From Candidatus Limnocylindrales bacterium (GTDB lineage: Bacteria > Chloroflexota > Limnocylindria > Limnocylindrales > CSP1-4), in contig JBPPMZ010000069.1 of NCBI GenBank assembly GCA_051306295.1, positions 17,998 to 81,997 on the forward strand: DNA of 64,000 nucleotides, given 5' to 3'. The notes under the pieces were generated by a model, which was not told where the DNA came from, did no database searches, and was given only the letters and a program-made list of their open reading frames with translations. The position numbers and the translations under genes were made by a program. Each line of letters opens with the position of its first letter. Positions within the stretch are counted from its first letter, which is position 1. This document shows positions 25,312-35,093 of this stretch, one piece after another.

Positions 25312-27299
25312 GCGACCGCGCGCTGGAGTCGGCGCTCGACGCCGCCCGGGCCGGCGGCGGCCTGACCATCGAGTCGATCGTCGCGGTCGATCCGCCGCGC
25401 GAGTTCCGGGTCCACCCGCGCGATCGGGTCGTCGCGTATACCGCGGACGTCGGCGGCGCGCGCCAGCTGTTCACCCTGTCGCTGCGCGGGACCGGCACGC
25501 CACCGACCCAGTTGACCGCCTCGGAACAGGCCATCAGCGACCCGCAGTGGTCGCCGGACGGGCGGCGCCTGGCGTTCGTCCGGGACGGCGAGGTCTGGCT
25601 CGTGGAGGCGGACGGTTCGCGCCTGGTCCGGGTGGTCGCCAAGCCCGGCGGCGGCCGCGACCCGCGCTGGTCGCCGGATGGCAAGCAGCTCGCGTTCATC
25701 TCGCGCCGGCGCGGCTGGAGCCAGGTCTGGTTGATCGATGCGCCGGTCCCGCGTCGCGGTCGGCCGCAGCGCGACCCCCGGCCCGTGGAGGCTCGCGCGC
25801 TGACCGCGCTCGGTGTCGATGTCGAGTCGTTCGTCTGGTCGCCGGACGGGTCGCAGCTCGCGGTCATGGCCCAGCAGCAGCCGGACGCCCTGGTCACCTC
25901 GCAGATCGCGATCGTGGATGTGGTCACCGGGGAGCAGCGCATCGTCGCCGGCGAGCGTAGCCATGACACGGCGGCGCAATGGCTGCCCGACGGCTCGCTG
26001 ACCTACGTGTCCGATGCCGACGGCTGGTTCCAGGTCGTGCGCCGCTCGCCCGACGGGCGTGACCGCATCGTGCTGACCGATGGCGAGCGCGAGCACGGCG
26101 ACCCGTCCGGTGGCTACGGGTACGTGCCGCTCCCGTCACCCGATGGCAGCCGGATCGTGCACATCGAGGTCCGCGACGGGCTCATCGATCTCGTCGTCCG
26201 CGGCCTCGGCGATGGCACGCCGCCCAAGCGCGGGCGCGGCCGGCCGCCCAAGACGCCACGGACCGTCGTCGCGGCGGGCGCGGGCACACCCCAGCGGATC
26301 TCGCCATGGGACGGCGTCTGGCGCGCGATCGGCTGGCTGCCGGACGGCGCGTGGGTCGCGGCCATCGGCGAGAGCGAGACACGCCCCCAGGACCTGTGGC
26401 TGCTACCCGTCCCGGGCGTCGCACCCGACGGCGCTCGACCCCGGCAGGTCACCGATTCCCGGCCCGCCGTCCTGGGCGCCGCGCTCGGGGCGGGCCGCGT
26501 GCCGGGCGGCGAGCGGGTCGTCGTCACGGCCCGCGACGGGCTGCGCGTGGAGGGCACGCTGTGGCGCCCGGCGGCGGCCACCGGCAAGCGCGGCGGCAAC
26601 CGCGTCCCGACGATCATCTACCCGCATGGCGGCCCGACCTGGCAGGCCTACCGCAGCTTCCAGCCGATCAAGCTGCTGCTCGCGCGTGAGGGCTACGCCT
26701 TCCTCGACATCGATTTTCGCGGCTCCACCGGGTATGGCCGGGACTTCCGCCACGCCAACCACGGGGAGTGGGGTCACGCCGACGTCCACGACCTGGTGGA
26801 CGCCGCGAGATGGGCGCAGGCCCAGCCGTGGTCGGACGGGCGGATGGCCATCTTCGGCGGGTCGTACGGTGGCTATATGGTCCTCGCGGCCCTGGTCGAT
26901 GAGCCCGAGCTGTGGTCCGCGGGCATCGACCTGTACGGCGACTCCGAGATCGCGGAGAGCTTCCGCCACGGCGACCGACCCGGGCGACTGGACCTCCAGA
27001 AGATGATGGGCACGCCCGACGATCCGGCGAAGGTCGAGGCGTTCCGGCGCGGCTCCCCCGTCTACCGTGCGGAGCGCATCCAGGCACCGCTGCTCATCCT
27101 CCACGGCCGCAAGGACAAGCGGGTCGTGCCGCTCATGACGGAGCGCATGGTGGAGGCGCTGGCCATCGAGGACAAGGTCCACGAGGTCCACTGGTACGAC
27201 GACGAGGGCCACGGCTGGGAGCACCGCGAGAACCGCCGCGACGCCTTCGAGCGGATCCTGCGCTTCCTGCGCACCCACGTCCCGCCCGGCGGGAGCTAG
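25308..27299 (+). CDS. S9 family peptidase (prolyl oligopeptidase/dipeptidyl aminopeptidase) with N-terminal beta-propeller
   Basis: WSPDG propeller repeats. C-terminal GGSYGGY nucleophile elbow, Asp and His catalytic residues. Confidence 0.85.
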   Translation: MSDRALESALDAARAGGGLTIESIVAVDPPREFRVHPRDRVVAYTADVGGARQLFTLSLRGTGTPPTQLTASEQAISDPQWSPDGRRLAFVRDGEVWLVEADGSRLVRVVAKPGGGRDPRWSPDGKQLAFISRRRGWSQVWLIDAPVPRRGRPQRDPRPVEARALTALGVDVESFVWSPDGSQLAVMAQQQPDALVTSQIAIVDVVTGEQRIVAGERSHDTAAQWLPDGSLTYVSDADGWFQVVRRSPDGRDRIVLTDGEREHGDPSGGYGYVPLPSPDGSRIVHIEVRDGLIDLVVRGLGDGTPPKRGRGRPPKTPRTVVAAGAGTPQRISPWDGVWRAIGWLPDGAWVAAIGESETRPQDLWLLPVPGVAPDGARPRQVTDSRPAVLGAALGAGRVPGGERVVVTARDGLRVEGTLWRPAAATGKRGGNRVPTIIYPHGGPTWQAYRSFQPIKLLLAREGYAFLDIDFRGSTGYGRDFRHANHGEWGHADVHDLVDAARWAQAQPWSDGRMAIFGGSYGGYMVLAALVDEPELWSAGIDLYGDSEIAESFRHGDRPGRLDLQKMMGTPDDPAKVEAFRRGSPVYRAERIQAPLLILHGRKDKRVVPLMTERMVEALAIEDKVHEVHWYDDEGHGWEHRENRRDAFERILRFLRTHVPPGGS

Positions 27300-27715
27300 G
27301 AACCGCCTCCCAGCACGAGCGTCGCATCGCGCGGAAGAGCATCGAAGGCCCCGACCGGCGCTTCGACGGCCCAGCGATAGGGAGCCGGAGCCTGGTGGAG
27401 CGGGCACGGGTCCGCGGAGCACTGCGGCATGGTCGCCGTCCCGACGAGGACGCCGTCGCCGTCGAACCAGGCGATCGCGAGGGGGAATGCGACCTCGTCC
27501 ATGACCCAGGCGGCCACCCGATGGTCGACCTCGCTGTCGTACGCGAACAGCATCCCGTCCATGCCGCCGAAGCCGTCCATGCCGCGCATCCCGTTGCCGC
27601 TCCCGACCAGGAGTTCCCAACGCTCGCCGTCGATCGATGCGATCTGGACCGGTCGTGGCGCGCAGGCGGTGACAACGACGAGGAGGAGGCCCAGTGCGAC
27701 GAGCCCGCGGGTCAT
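27296..27715 (-). CDS. DUF192 family lipoprotein
   Basis: 139 aa, lipobox VTAC, conserved DUF192 Gly/Asp-rich core. Confidence 0.55.
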   Translation of the reverse strand: MTRGLVALGLLLVVVTACAPRPVQIASIDGERWELLVGSGNGMRGMDGFGGMDGMLFAYDSEVDHRVAAWVMDEVAFPLAIAWFDGDGVLVGTATMPQCSADPCPLHQAPAPYRWAVEAPVGAFDALPRDATLVLGGGS

Positions 27716-28239
27716 CAGGCCGATCGATCGTCAGTCGGCGGCCGGTTCGACGGCGTGGTCGTGCCCTGGTCGAGCGGGATGACGCTGATCGAGCCGTCCG
27801 TTTCCAGGACCGCCAGCCGGACCTCCTCCACCCGCGCCAGGCCGTGGGCCCGGACGGCGGCTCGGACGTCGTCGGCGTCGATCTTCTCCTCGCGCAAGGC
27901 CTTGTCGAGCAGGCGGCCGTCGCGGACGAGGAGGCGCGGCTCTCCCTCGATGACGTTGCGCAGGGTGCGCGAGCGCCCGGTGAACCATTTGATGGCGAAG
28001 TCGAGCGCGAGCAGGGTCACGACGGCGACGAGGCCGCCCCATAGCGTGGTGTTCTCGCCGACCATCGAGTTCTGCACCGCGTCGCTGATGACCAGGATGA
28101 CCACGAGCTCGAGGACGGACATCTGCCCGACCTCGCGTTTGCCGGAGATCCGGATCGCCGCGACGACGAACAGGTAGACGATCGTCGTGCGGAGGACGAC
28201 GTCCGGGAGGCTGGAGCCGAGTTCGGGGAGGGTCGGCAT
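27715..28239 (-). CDS. DUF421/YetF family membrane protein
   Basis: N-terminal TM helices plus C-terminal DUF421 region. Confidence 0.65.
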   Translation of the reverse strand: MPTLPELGSSLPDVVLRTTIVYLFVVAAIRISGKREVGQMSVLELVVILVISDAVQNSMVGENTTLWGGLVAVVTLLALDFAIKWFTGRSRTLRNVIEGEPRLLVRDGRLLDKALREEKIDADDVRAAVRAHGLARVEEVRLAVLETDGSISVIPLDQGTTTPSNRPPTDDRSA

Positions 28240-28271
28240 GTCCGGTCGACTGTAGCGGCTACCATCGGCCG

Positions 28272-28907
28272 ATGCCCATGATCGACGACGAGCGCTTGGA
28301 ACTGTCGCTCCTGACCGACCAGCTGACTCGGATGCGCGGGATGCTGTACGGCTACTCGGACCTGTTCTTCCGGCGCATCTGCGACTGGGCGGTCGTCTCG
28401 ATCGTGCTGCTGGTCATCGCCTGGGCGGGCATCGCCCCGGCCGCGGCGGCGATCGTGCCGTTCCTGGTGCCGTTCGCGTTCCTTGAGACCGGCTACCTGT
28501 TCTTCTACACGGTCTTCGCGCGCCGCTATGCGGAACGGCTTGAGCGCCGGATCAACCGGCTGGTGGGCGCGGACGCGCTCATCGCCCGTCGGCTGGAGGC
28601 GGCCTACTTCTACCCGCCGGACGCCCGTATGGTGGCGGCCCTGTCGCTGGGCAACCCGGCGGGACTGATGTCTGTGACGACGCTGGGGTACTCGCTGGGG
28701 GCGGGGCTGTTGTGGGTAGCCGGGTTCAGCGGGCTGGTGTCCGTGGCGGACGGGGCGCGCGGCTTGGGCGTGTTGCTCGTGCCGGGCGCGCTTTTCTGGA
28801 CCGCGGCGATCGCCGGCTACCTGGTCTGGAAGTTCTGGACGCGCCACGACAAGGCGCGCCTGCTCGCCGAGCTGGATCGATGGGAGCCGGGGGCCGCGAG
28901 CGAGTGA
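28272..28907 (+). CDS. Hypothetical membrane protein
   Basis: 211 aa, several TM helices. No recognisable family. Confidence 0.45.
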   Translation: MPMIDDERLELSLLTDQLTRMRGMLYGYSDLFFRRICDWAVVSIVLLVIAWAGIAPAAAAIVPFLVPFAFLETGYLFFYTVFARRYAERLERRINRLVGADALIARRLEAAYFYPPDARMVAALSLGNPAGLMSVTTLGYSLGAGLLWVAGFSGLVSVADGARGLGVLLVPGALFWTAAIAGYLVWKFWTRHDKARLLAELDRWEPGAASE

Positions 28908-29220
28908 CGAGGCCTGGTCTCGGGGCGTTTCCGGCATACAGCGGCGTGGCTGCTGGTATCCGCGTCTCGGTGTGGCGCGGAGCCCAGATCCTTGGCTACC
29001 AGCAGTACGGCTGCTGCAAATGGGGGTGATCCTGCGCTGTCGACGGGATCAGGCCGCCCGGGGCGCTGTCGACGCTCCTAGCAGAGGCGTCGCTGCTACA
29101 TGCCAGGATTCGGACGCCGAGCCCGGCCAACCGCCCGGAATCGAAACGGCCGTCCTCATCGGACGGCCGCTGCGTGCAAGGTAGGACCGGCGGCCACCGC
29201 CGGGTTGAGACGATCCGGGC

Positions 29221-29319
29221 CTAGAACCAGCGCCGGCCGGCCATCAGCACGAGGCTGGAGCTGGCCAGAGCGGATAGGAGCATCACGACCCGGAAGGTCT
29301 GCGACTTGATCACGTTCAT
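29221..29319 (-). CDS. Small hydrophobic peptide (32 aa) MNVIKSQTFRVVMLLSALASSSLVLMAGRRWF
   Basis: AAGGGA SD 6 nt upstream of ATG. Single TM with C-terminal RRWF. Not in ORF track. Confidence 0.35.
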   Translation of the reverse strand: MNVIKSQTFRVVMLLSALASSSLVLMAGRRWF

Positions 29320-29476
29320 CGCGTCCCTTTCGTGATGGCGAGAGTTGGACCCCCAGGACCGAAACGTACGGTTGCAGTGGGGAGCCCGGCCATAGGACCT
29401 CGGTACCTGTCCGGACAGCCTGTGGTGGGAGTTGCCGCGGCGCACCACCCTCCCCACGGACCCCGACACGCGCCGT

Positions 29477-30007
29477 TCAGGAAGCGTCGTCCCGCCGCAT
29501 CGCGAGCGCGATGACCGCAGCCACGCCGACCCCGATCACCACATCGCCGACGCTGAACACGTTCGCGAACGGGACCCAGCCGGGCAGCACGAAGATGTCC
29601 GTCAGCGGCCGCAGCGCCGGATCCGCCATGACGACGCTGTTCGAGAACCCGGGTCCGGCCTGCGCTTCCAGCGCCGCAGCCGCCTCGGGAGAGGCCGGCA
29701 TCACGCCACCGTTCGCGGCGATCGCCGCGAGATTGCTGGCCGCCCCGAGCGCCACGAGCACGAGCCCCGGGATCCGCCAGTTGCGCAGCACTGCGACCAG
29801 GACAGCCGCGGTGGAGGCCACGTACAGCAGGGGACCAAGATCACCGATGGAGTCCGCGACCGGCCCGGAGAACAGGATCACCTGGGCGAACAAGCCGGCG
29901 ATGGCCAGCCAGCCCCACGCGAATCGGACGTCGCCCAGGCGCTCCAAACGACCGCCCACCAGGTAGCCGGCGGCGATCCCGATCGGGATGGCGTACAGGA
30001 TGAACAT
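29477..30007 (-). CDS. Polytopic membrane protein (DUF5317-like)
   Basis: 176 aa, 5 TM. Confidence 0.5.
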   Translation of the reverse strand: MFILYAIPIGIAAGYLVGGRLERLGDVRFAWGWLAIAGLFAQVILFSGPVADSIGDLGPLLYVASTAAVLVAVLRNWRIPGLVLVALGAASNLAAIAANGGVMPASPEAAAALEAQAGPGFSNSVVMADPALRPLTDIFVLPGWVPFANVFSVGDVVIGVGVAAVIALAMRRDDAS

Positions 30008-30020
30008 GCGATTGCGGGCG

Positions 30021-30533
30021 CTAGCGGCCGGCCGCCGCGAGGATCATATCGAGCTGGGCGATGTGCTCCTCGGTGTGGCCGAGGATGAACCGTTCGGCCA
30101 TCCCCCCGACCGCCATCTCTCCGAGCCGTGGATGGAGTCCGACCCGTTCGCGGTCCGTCGCGGTCAGGGTCGGCAGGCGGACCATCCAGGCCCACAGGCT
30201 CGCATCCACACGATCGAACAGCACCCGCAGCGGCAACGAACGGTCGCGTTCGATGAGGCCGATCCGCGAGGCGTCGTCGGCGACACGCCCGAACGGCACC
30301 GACCCCGACCCATCGCCGTCAACGACCCGCTCCAGCTCGCCGAGCCAGAACGGCAGCATCTCGGCCAGGTGGGCCAGGACCTCGCGCGGACCCCATAACG
30401 CTTCTGGCTTCGTGCCGAAGGACTCGGCCAGCGGCCACGGCTCACCATCGGCGATCCGCGGCCGGAGGGCAGCCAGCGCCGCGCGGGCGTCAGCCAACCG
30501 GTCGAGTTCGGACGGCAGCTCAGGGTCGATCAT
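30021..30533 (-). CDS. DinB/YfiT-like (DinB_2) metal-dependent hydrolase-fold protein
   Basis: LAHLAEMLPFW His motif. Confidence 0.55.
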   Translation of the reverse strand: MIDPELPSELDRLADARAALAALRPRIADGEPWPLAESFGTKPEALWGPREVLAHLAEMLPFWLGELERVVDGDGSGSVPFGRVADDASRIGLIERDRSLPLRVLFDRVDASLWAWMVRLPTLTATDRERVGLHPRLGEMAVGGMAERFILGHTEEHIAQLDMILAAAGR

Positions 30534-30636
30534 CGACCGCAGTGTCGCACGCTCGCTTCGGCCTCGAGGTCACGGAGTACCATCGCCTGCGCTCGGTGAT
30601 GGAGCCGGGCGGCCGCGTCAGGCAGGAGGATGCCGG

Positions 30637-31131
30637 ATGGAGCTGTACCCCTGGGTCGTCGTCGCCCACGTCTTCTTCGTGATCGTTTCGTTCGGCGCGC
30701 ACGGCGTGTCGGCGTTCGCGATGTTCCAGGCGCGGACCGAGACGGACCGCGATCGCCTGGCGGCGACATTGGACCTCTCGACCTCGTCACTCATGGTCGC
30801 CGGGGTCGGGCTGGTGCTCGCTGTCGTCCTGGGGATCGTCGCCGCGGTGATGGGCGGCCACTTCGGTCAGCTGTGGCCGTGGGTTTCGATCATCGTCGTG
30901 GTCGTCGTCTGGCTGGCCATGACCCCGATGGCCGCCAACAGGATGACGGCCGTTCGCGAGGCCATGGGTATGCCGAGCCGCAACGACAAGAAGGGCGATC
31001 CGCCGCGATCGCCGGCCGGTGATGCCGAGGTGGCCGCCGCCCGCGCCGACCTCAAACCCGAACTCGTTGCCGCGATCGGATTGGTCGGCATCGCCGTCCT
31101 GGTCTGGCTCATGGAGCTGAAGCCGTTCTGA
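30637..31131 (+). CDS. Hypothetical integral membrane protein (4 TM)
   Basis: AGGAGGA SD, ATG at 30637. Confidence 0.55.
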   Translation: MELYPWVVVAHVFFVIVSFGAHGVSAFAMFQARTETDRDRLAATLDLSTSSLMVAGVGLVLAVVLGIVAAVMGGHFGQLWPWVSIIVVVVVWLAMTPMAANRMTAVREAMGMPSRNDKKGDPPRSPAGDAEVAAARADLKPELVAAIGLVGIAVLVWLMELKPF

Positions 31132-31916
31132 TGCGAGGCCGATCACGCGCGCCCGGATGGTTCGTCGGCCCGCTGCTGGCCGTCGCCCTGGTCGTCGGCC
31201 TTGCCGCCTGCGAGGGCTTCGGAGACGACAACGCGAACGGCGGTCTTGGCGGCACGAGCTGGAGCGTGACGTCGATCGCCGGCACCGCGACGATCCCCGA
31301 CGCCCGACCGACCATGCGCTTCGCCTTCGGGGGTGAGCTCACCGGCAGCGATGGCTGCAACCAGTACAGCGGGCCGTTCAAGACCGATGGCCAGGACATC
31401 GCCGTCGGGCAGTTGACCTCGACGCTGATCGGCTGTGAGCCGCTCCTGGGTGCGCAGGCGCAGGCCTTCAACGAGGCGCTCACGGGCGCATCGACGTGGC
31501 GTCAGACCGAAGCCGGCGGACTGGAACTTCGCGGACACGGCGATGTCCTCGCCGAGCCGCTCATCGACGTCCCACCGTCCGCAGCCGTCGAGACCGACCT
31601 GGCCGGCACCACCTGGGCGCTCGAGGAGCTGGGTGGGGCGGTGCTGGTGGACGTCGAGCCGACCCTCACGTTCGGCGGCGACGGCACGGTCAGCGGATCC
31701 GCCGGCTGCAATACCTTCAGCGGTACGTACGCCCTGGAAGACGCGAGCCTGACGTTCGGACCACTCGCCGCGACCAAGATGGCCTGCGCTGACCCGACCA
31801 TGTTCGTGGAATCGGCCTTCCTGGCCGCCATGGCCGGGGTGGCCGGCTGGTCGCTTGATGGGGCCGGCCGCCTGGTCCTGGAAGGGCCACGGCCGTTGAC
31901 GTTTCGTCCGGGCTGA
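31131..31916 (+). CDS. Tandem META-domain (HslJ-like) lipoprotein
   Basis: Lipobox LAAC. Two GCNxY(S/F)G META signatures. Confidence 0.7.
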   Translation: MRGRSRAPGWFVGPLLAVALVVGLAACEGFGDDNANGGLGGTSWSVTSIAGTATIPDARPTMRFAFGGELTGSDGCNQYSGPFKTDGQDIAVGQLTSTLIGCEPLLGAQAQAFNEALTGASTWRQTEAGGLELRGHGDVLAEPLIDVPPSAAVETDLAGTTWALEELGGAVLVDVEPTLTFGGDGTVSGSAGCNTFSGTYALEDASLTFGPLAATKMACADPTMFVESAFLAAMAGVAGWSLDGAGRLVLEGPRPLTFRPG

Positions 31917-32066
31917 GGCGCCGGAAAGCGTCGAAGGCGGCTCGCCCCAGCAAGCCGGCTTCGGTTGGAGATCGCGTGACTCCGACAACGTAGAGCCGCG
32001 GCACTGCCCGGACCATCGACGGATGACGATGCTCGACGACGACGAACCTCCACGCGTCGACGTGTG

Positions 32067-32630
32067 ATGATTTCGCCGATGGGTGATGCATCGGCCGCCG
32101 AACCGACCCTCCGCATCGACGCGATGACTGCGGCCGATTGGTCGGCCGTCCATCGCATCTACGTCCAGGGCATCGCGACGGGGAACGCGACCCTGGAGCG
32201 TGAGGCCCCGGACTGGGACCATTTCGACCGATCGCATCGGCCGGACTGCCGGCTCGTCGCGCGCGACCGATCCAGCGGGCCGGACGGGCCGGTCCTGGGC
32301 TGGGTCGCGGTGAGTGGGGTGTCTGCGCGGCGGGTGTATCGCGGCGTCGCCTGGGAGAGCGTCTACGTGGAGGAAGCGGCGCGCGGCCGCGGTGTGGGCC
32401 GGGCGCTGCTCGATGCGCTCATCGCCGAGACGGAGGCGGCCGGCTTCTGGACGCTCCAGGCGGGCGTGCTCGCCGACAACGGGGCCAGCCTGGCCCTCCA
32501 CGAGCGGGTCGGTTTCCGGCGGGTCGGCGTCCAACGGCGGCTGGGCCAGGATCGGACCGGTCGCTGGCGCGACGTCGTCCTGCTGGAGCGCCGCAGCGCG
32601 ACGGTCGGCCTGGACTCGGACCCGGCCTGA
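32067..32630 (+). CDS. GNAT family N-acetyltransferase
   Basis: RGRGVGRALL acetyl-CoA binding motif. Confidence 0.8.
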   Translation: MISPMGDASAAEPTLRIDAMTAADWSAVHRIYVQGIATGNATLEREAPDWDHFDRSHRPDCRLVARDRSSGPDGPVLGWVAVSGVSARRVYRGVAWESVYVEEAARGRGVGRALLDALIAETEAAGFWTLQAGVLADNGASLALHERVGFRRVGVQRRLGQDRTGRWRDVVLLERRSATVGLDSDPA

Positions 32631-32653
32631 CGTCGCCGGCGCGTCGGGTTCGC

Positions 32654-33469
32654 CTAGATGCCGACGTCCGATGATGTCGAGACCCGGTGCACGACGACAT
32701 CGACCGAACCATCGCGGCCGCGGACGGCGATGGTTCGACGATCCTCGGCCGCGGTCGAGCGGCCCGCGGCCTCGGCGGCTGCCACGCTGATGACGACCTC
32801 GCCGACGGCTGCTTCGGCGACCAGCCGGGCCGTGGTGTTGACCACGTCGCCCAGCGCAGTGAAGTCATCCACCGCCCCGACCGGGCCGCTCGTGCCGACG
32901 TAGGCCTCGCCCGTGTGCACAGCTGCTCCGACCGGGATGGTGCCGCGTGGCGTGGCATCGCGGCGTCCGCAGCGCTCGGAGAGATCGATGGCGGCGGCGA
33001 TAGCGGATCTCGCGTGGTCCGGTCCGGAGATGCCACCGAAGAACAGGCCGATCACCTCGTCGCCAACGAATTTGTCGACGATGCCGTCGTGACCCAGGAC
33101 CGTATCGGAGGCGATCCGGTAGAAGCGGTCCAGGAAGGCATGAAAATCGCGCGGCGCGAGCCGCTCGCCGATGGTGGTCGAACCGCGAATGTCCGCGAAC
33201 AGCAGCGTGATCGGGATCTCAGCTCCGGTGAGGCCGTGCCGTCGGAATTCGACGATGCACTTCTGGCAGAGTGCCGGGTTGGCGGCGAAGCGCGCATAGC
33301 CGAAGTGCTTCAGCACCGTGCCGCCCACGCCGGCAAACGGCGCGGCGCACAGCTTGCAACGCGGTGAACTGGGGAAACGCTTCATGGCGCGTCGCATCCC
33401 ACCCAGGCCGGGGTGCTCTCCTGTCAGGACGGCCCGCATCTCGTCCTCGGGCATCGGGGTCGGCGGCAC
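32654..33469 (-). CDS. Class III adenylate/guanylate cyclase with N-terminal zinc ribbon
   Basis: CKLC ... CQKC, then LLFADIRGST ... FVGDEV cyclase core. Confidence 0.8.
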   Translation of the reverse strand: MPPTPMPEDEMRAVLTGEHPGLGGMRRAMKRFPSSPRCKLCAAPFAGVGGTVLKHFGYARFAANPALCQKCIVEFRRHGLTGAEIPITLLFADIRGSTTIGERLAPRDFHAFLDRFYRIASDTVLGHDGIVDKFVGDEVIGLFFGGISGPDHARSAIAAAIDLSERCGRRDATPRGTIPVGAAVHTGEAYVGTSGPVGAVDDFTALGDVVNTTARLVAEAAVGEVVISVAAAEAAGRSTAAEDRRTIAVRGRDGSVDVVVHRVSTSSDVGI

Positions 33470-33650
33470 GGGAGATACCGTACGCTGTCGCCGTCCTGGG
33501 TGGAAGGACCATCCTGAGCGTCAGGCCTTGCGGCGCCCAGGGGCTGTCCTGGACGATCACGCGGTGCGTCCCGGAACCGGACCACGGTCGGGTCGCGGTG
33601 GGACGTCCGGGCCCCTCCCGCCCAGGGAGCGTCGGGCCCACGCTTCGGTC

Positions 33651-35081
33651 ATGCCGACGCCCTCGCGCACCCGTGTTCGATCGACGGTCGTGACCAGCTT
33701 GGTCGCGGTCGTCGTGTTGTCGACGGTGATGATCGGGTCGGCGTCGGCAGCCACCACCGACCCCGACCGCGATGGCCTGACCAGCGCCTACGAGCGTGAC
33801 TGGACCCGGACCGACCCATCGCGCAAGGACACCGACCGCGATGGCACCCCCGACGGCAGCGAGGACCCGGACGCCGACCGCCTGATCAACAAGCAGGAGG
33901 CGACGACCGGCACGCGGCCGCGCCGCGCGGACACGGACCGCGACGGCCTGCGCGACGATCGCGAGAACGCCGATGGCGACGCCCTCTGGAACTGGAGCGA
34001 GTTCCGGGCCGGCACCCATCCGCGCCGGGGCGACAGTGACCGCGATGGGCTTGGCGACGGCAAGGAGGACCCGGACCGCGACGGCCTGTCGAACGCCACG
34101 GAACAGCGCGTCGGTACGCATCCGCGCCGCGCCGACACCGACGGCGACGGCTACAGCGACGCCGCCGAGCGATCGGCCGGCACGAACCCGCTGGACCCGG
34201 CCAGCCACCCGACACCGGCCCCCGGCACCGCCCCGACGCTCCCTGGCGCGCCCGCCTGTCCGGTCTTCCCCGCGGACAACGTGTGGAACGTTCGCGTCGA
34301 TGGTCGGTCGGTGGCGGCGAACTCCGCCACGATGATCTCGGCCATCGGGCTGGACCGCGGCCTGCACATGGACTTCGGGTCGTACGCCGGCTACGGGATC
34401 CCGTATCAGGTCGTGACGGCGGCCACGCCGCGCTCCACGGTCGCCTTCGAGTACGCGGACGAGAGCGACCAGGTCATGTATCCGATCCCGGCCTCGCCAT
34501 CGATCGAGGGCGCAGGCGCGGGCGGAGATCGCCATATCCTCATGGTCGACAAGGACGCGTGTCGGCTGTACGAGCTGTTCGCCGCGGAGAAGGTCGGCAG
34601 CCAGTGGACCGCTGGCAGCGGGGCGACCTGGGACCTGCGCTCGAATGCCCTGCGAGCGGCCGGTTGGACCAGCGCCGATGCGGCCGGCCTGCCGATCCTG
34701 CCCGGCCTGGTCCGCTACGACGAGGTCGCCGCCGGCGCGATCACCCACGCGCTGCGGTTCACGACCAACCAGACCAAGCGCGCGTACGTCTACCCGGCGC
34801 GGCACTACGCGAGCTCGTCGACGTCGACGTCACTGCCGCCGATGGGCATGCGGGTTCGGCTCAAGGCGTCGTACGACACGTCTGCCTTGTCGCCGCACGC
34901 TCGGGCGATCGCGGTTGCGCTCCAGCGCTACGGGATGATCCTGGCCGACAACGGGTCGCCCTGGTACGTGAGTGGTATGAGCGACCCCCGCTTCGACGAC
35001 GATGTCCTGCACGAGCTTGATGTCATCACCGGGCGGGATCTCGAGGTCGTGGACACCAGCGGGTTGGTCAACGGGCCGTAG
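33651..35081 (+). CDS. Secreted protein with thrombospondin type-3-like calcium-binding repeats (DTDRDG/DSDRDG) and a C-terminal domain of unknown function
   Basis: Signal peptide, six or more DxDxDG repeats. Confidence 0.6.
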   Translation: MPTPSRTRVRSTVVTSLVAVVVLSTVMIGSASAATTDPDRDGLTSAYERDWTRTDPSRKDTDRDGTPDGSEDPDADRLINKQEATTGTRPRRADTDRDGLRDDRENADGDALWNWSEFRAGTHPRRGDSDRDGLGDGKEDPDRDGLSNATEQRVGTHPRRADTDGDGYSDAAERSAGTNPLDPASHPTPAPGTAPTLPGAPACPVFPADNVWNVRVDGRSVAANSATMISAIGLDRGLHMDFGSYAGYGIPYQVVTAATPRSTVAFEYADESDQVMYPIPASPSIEGAGAGGDRHILMVDKDACRLYELFAAEKVGSQWTAGSGATWDLRSNALRAAGWTSADAAGLPILPGLVRYDEVAAGAITHALRFTTNQTKRAYVYPARHYASSSTSTSLPPMGMRVRLKASYDTSALSPHARAIAVALQRYGMILADNGSPWYVSGMSDPRFDDDVLHELDVITGRDLEVVDTSGLVNGP

Positions 35082-35093
35082 CGCAACCAGGCC

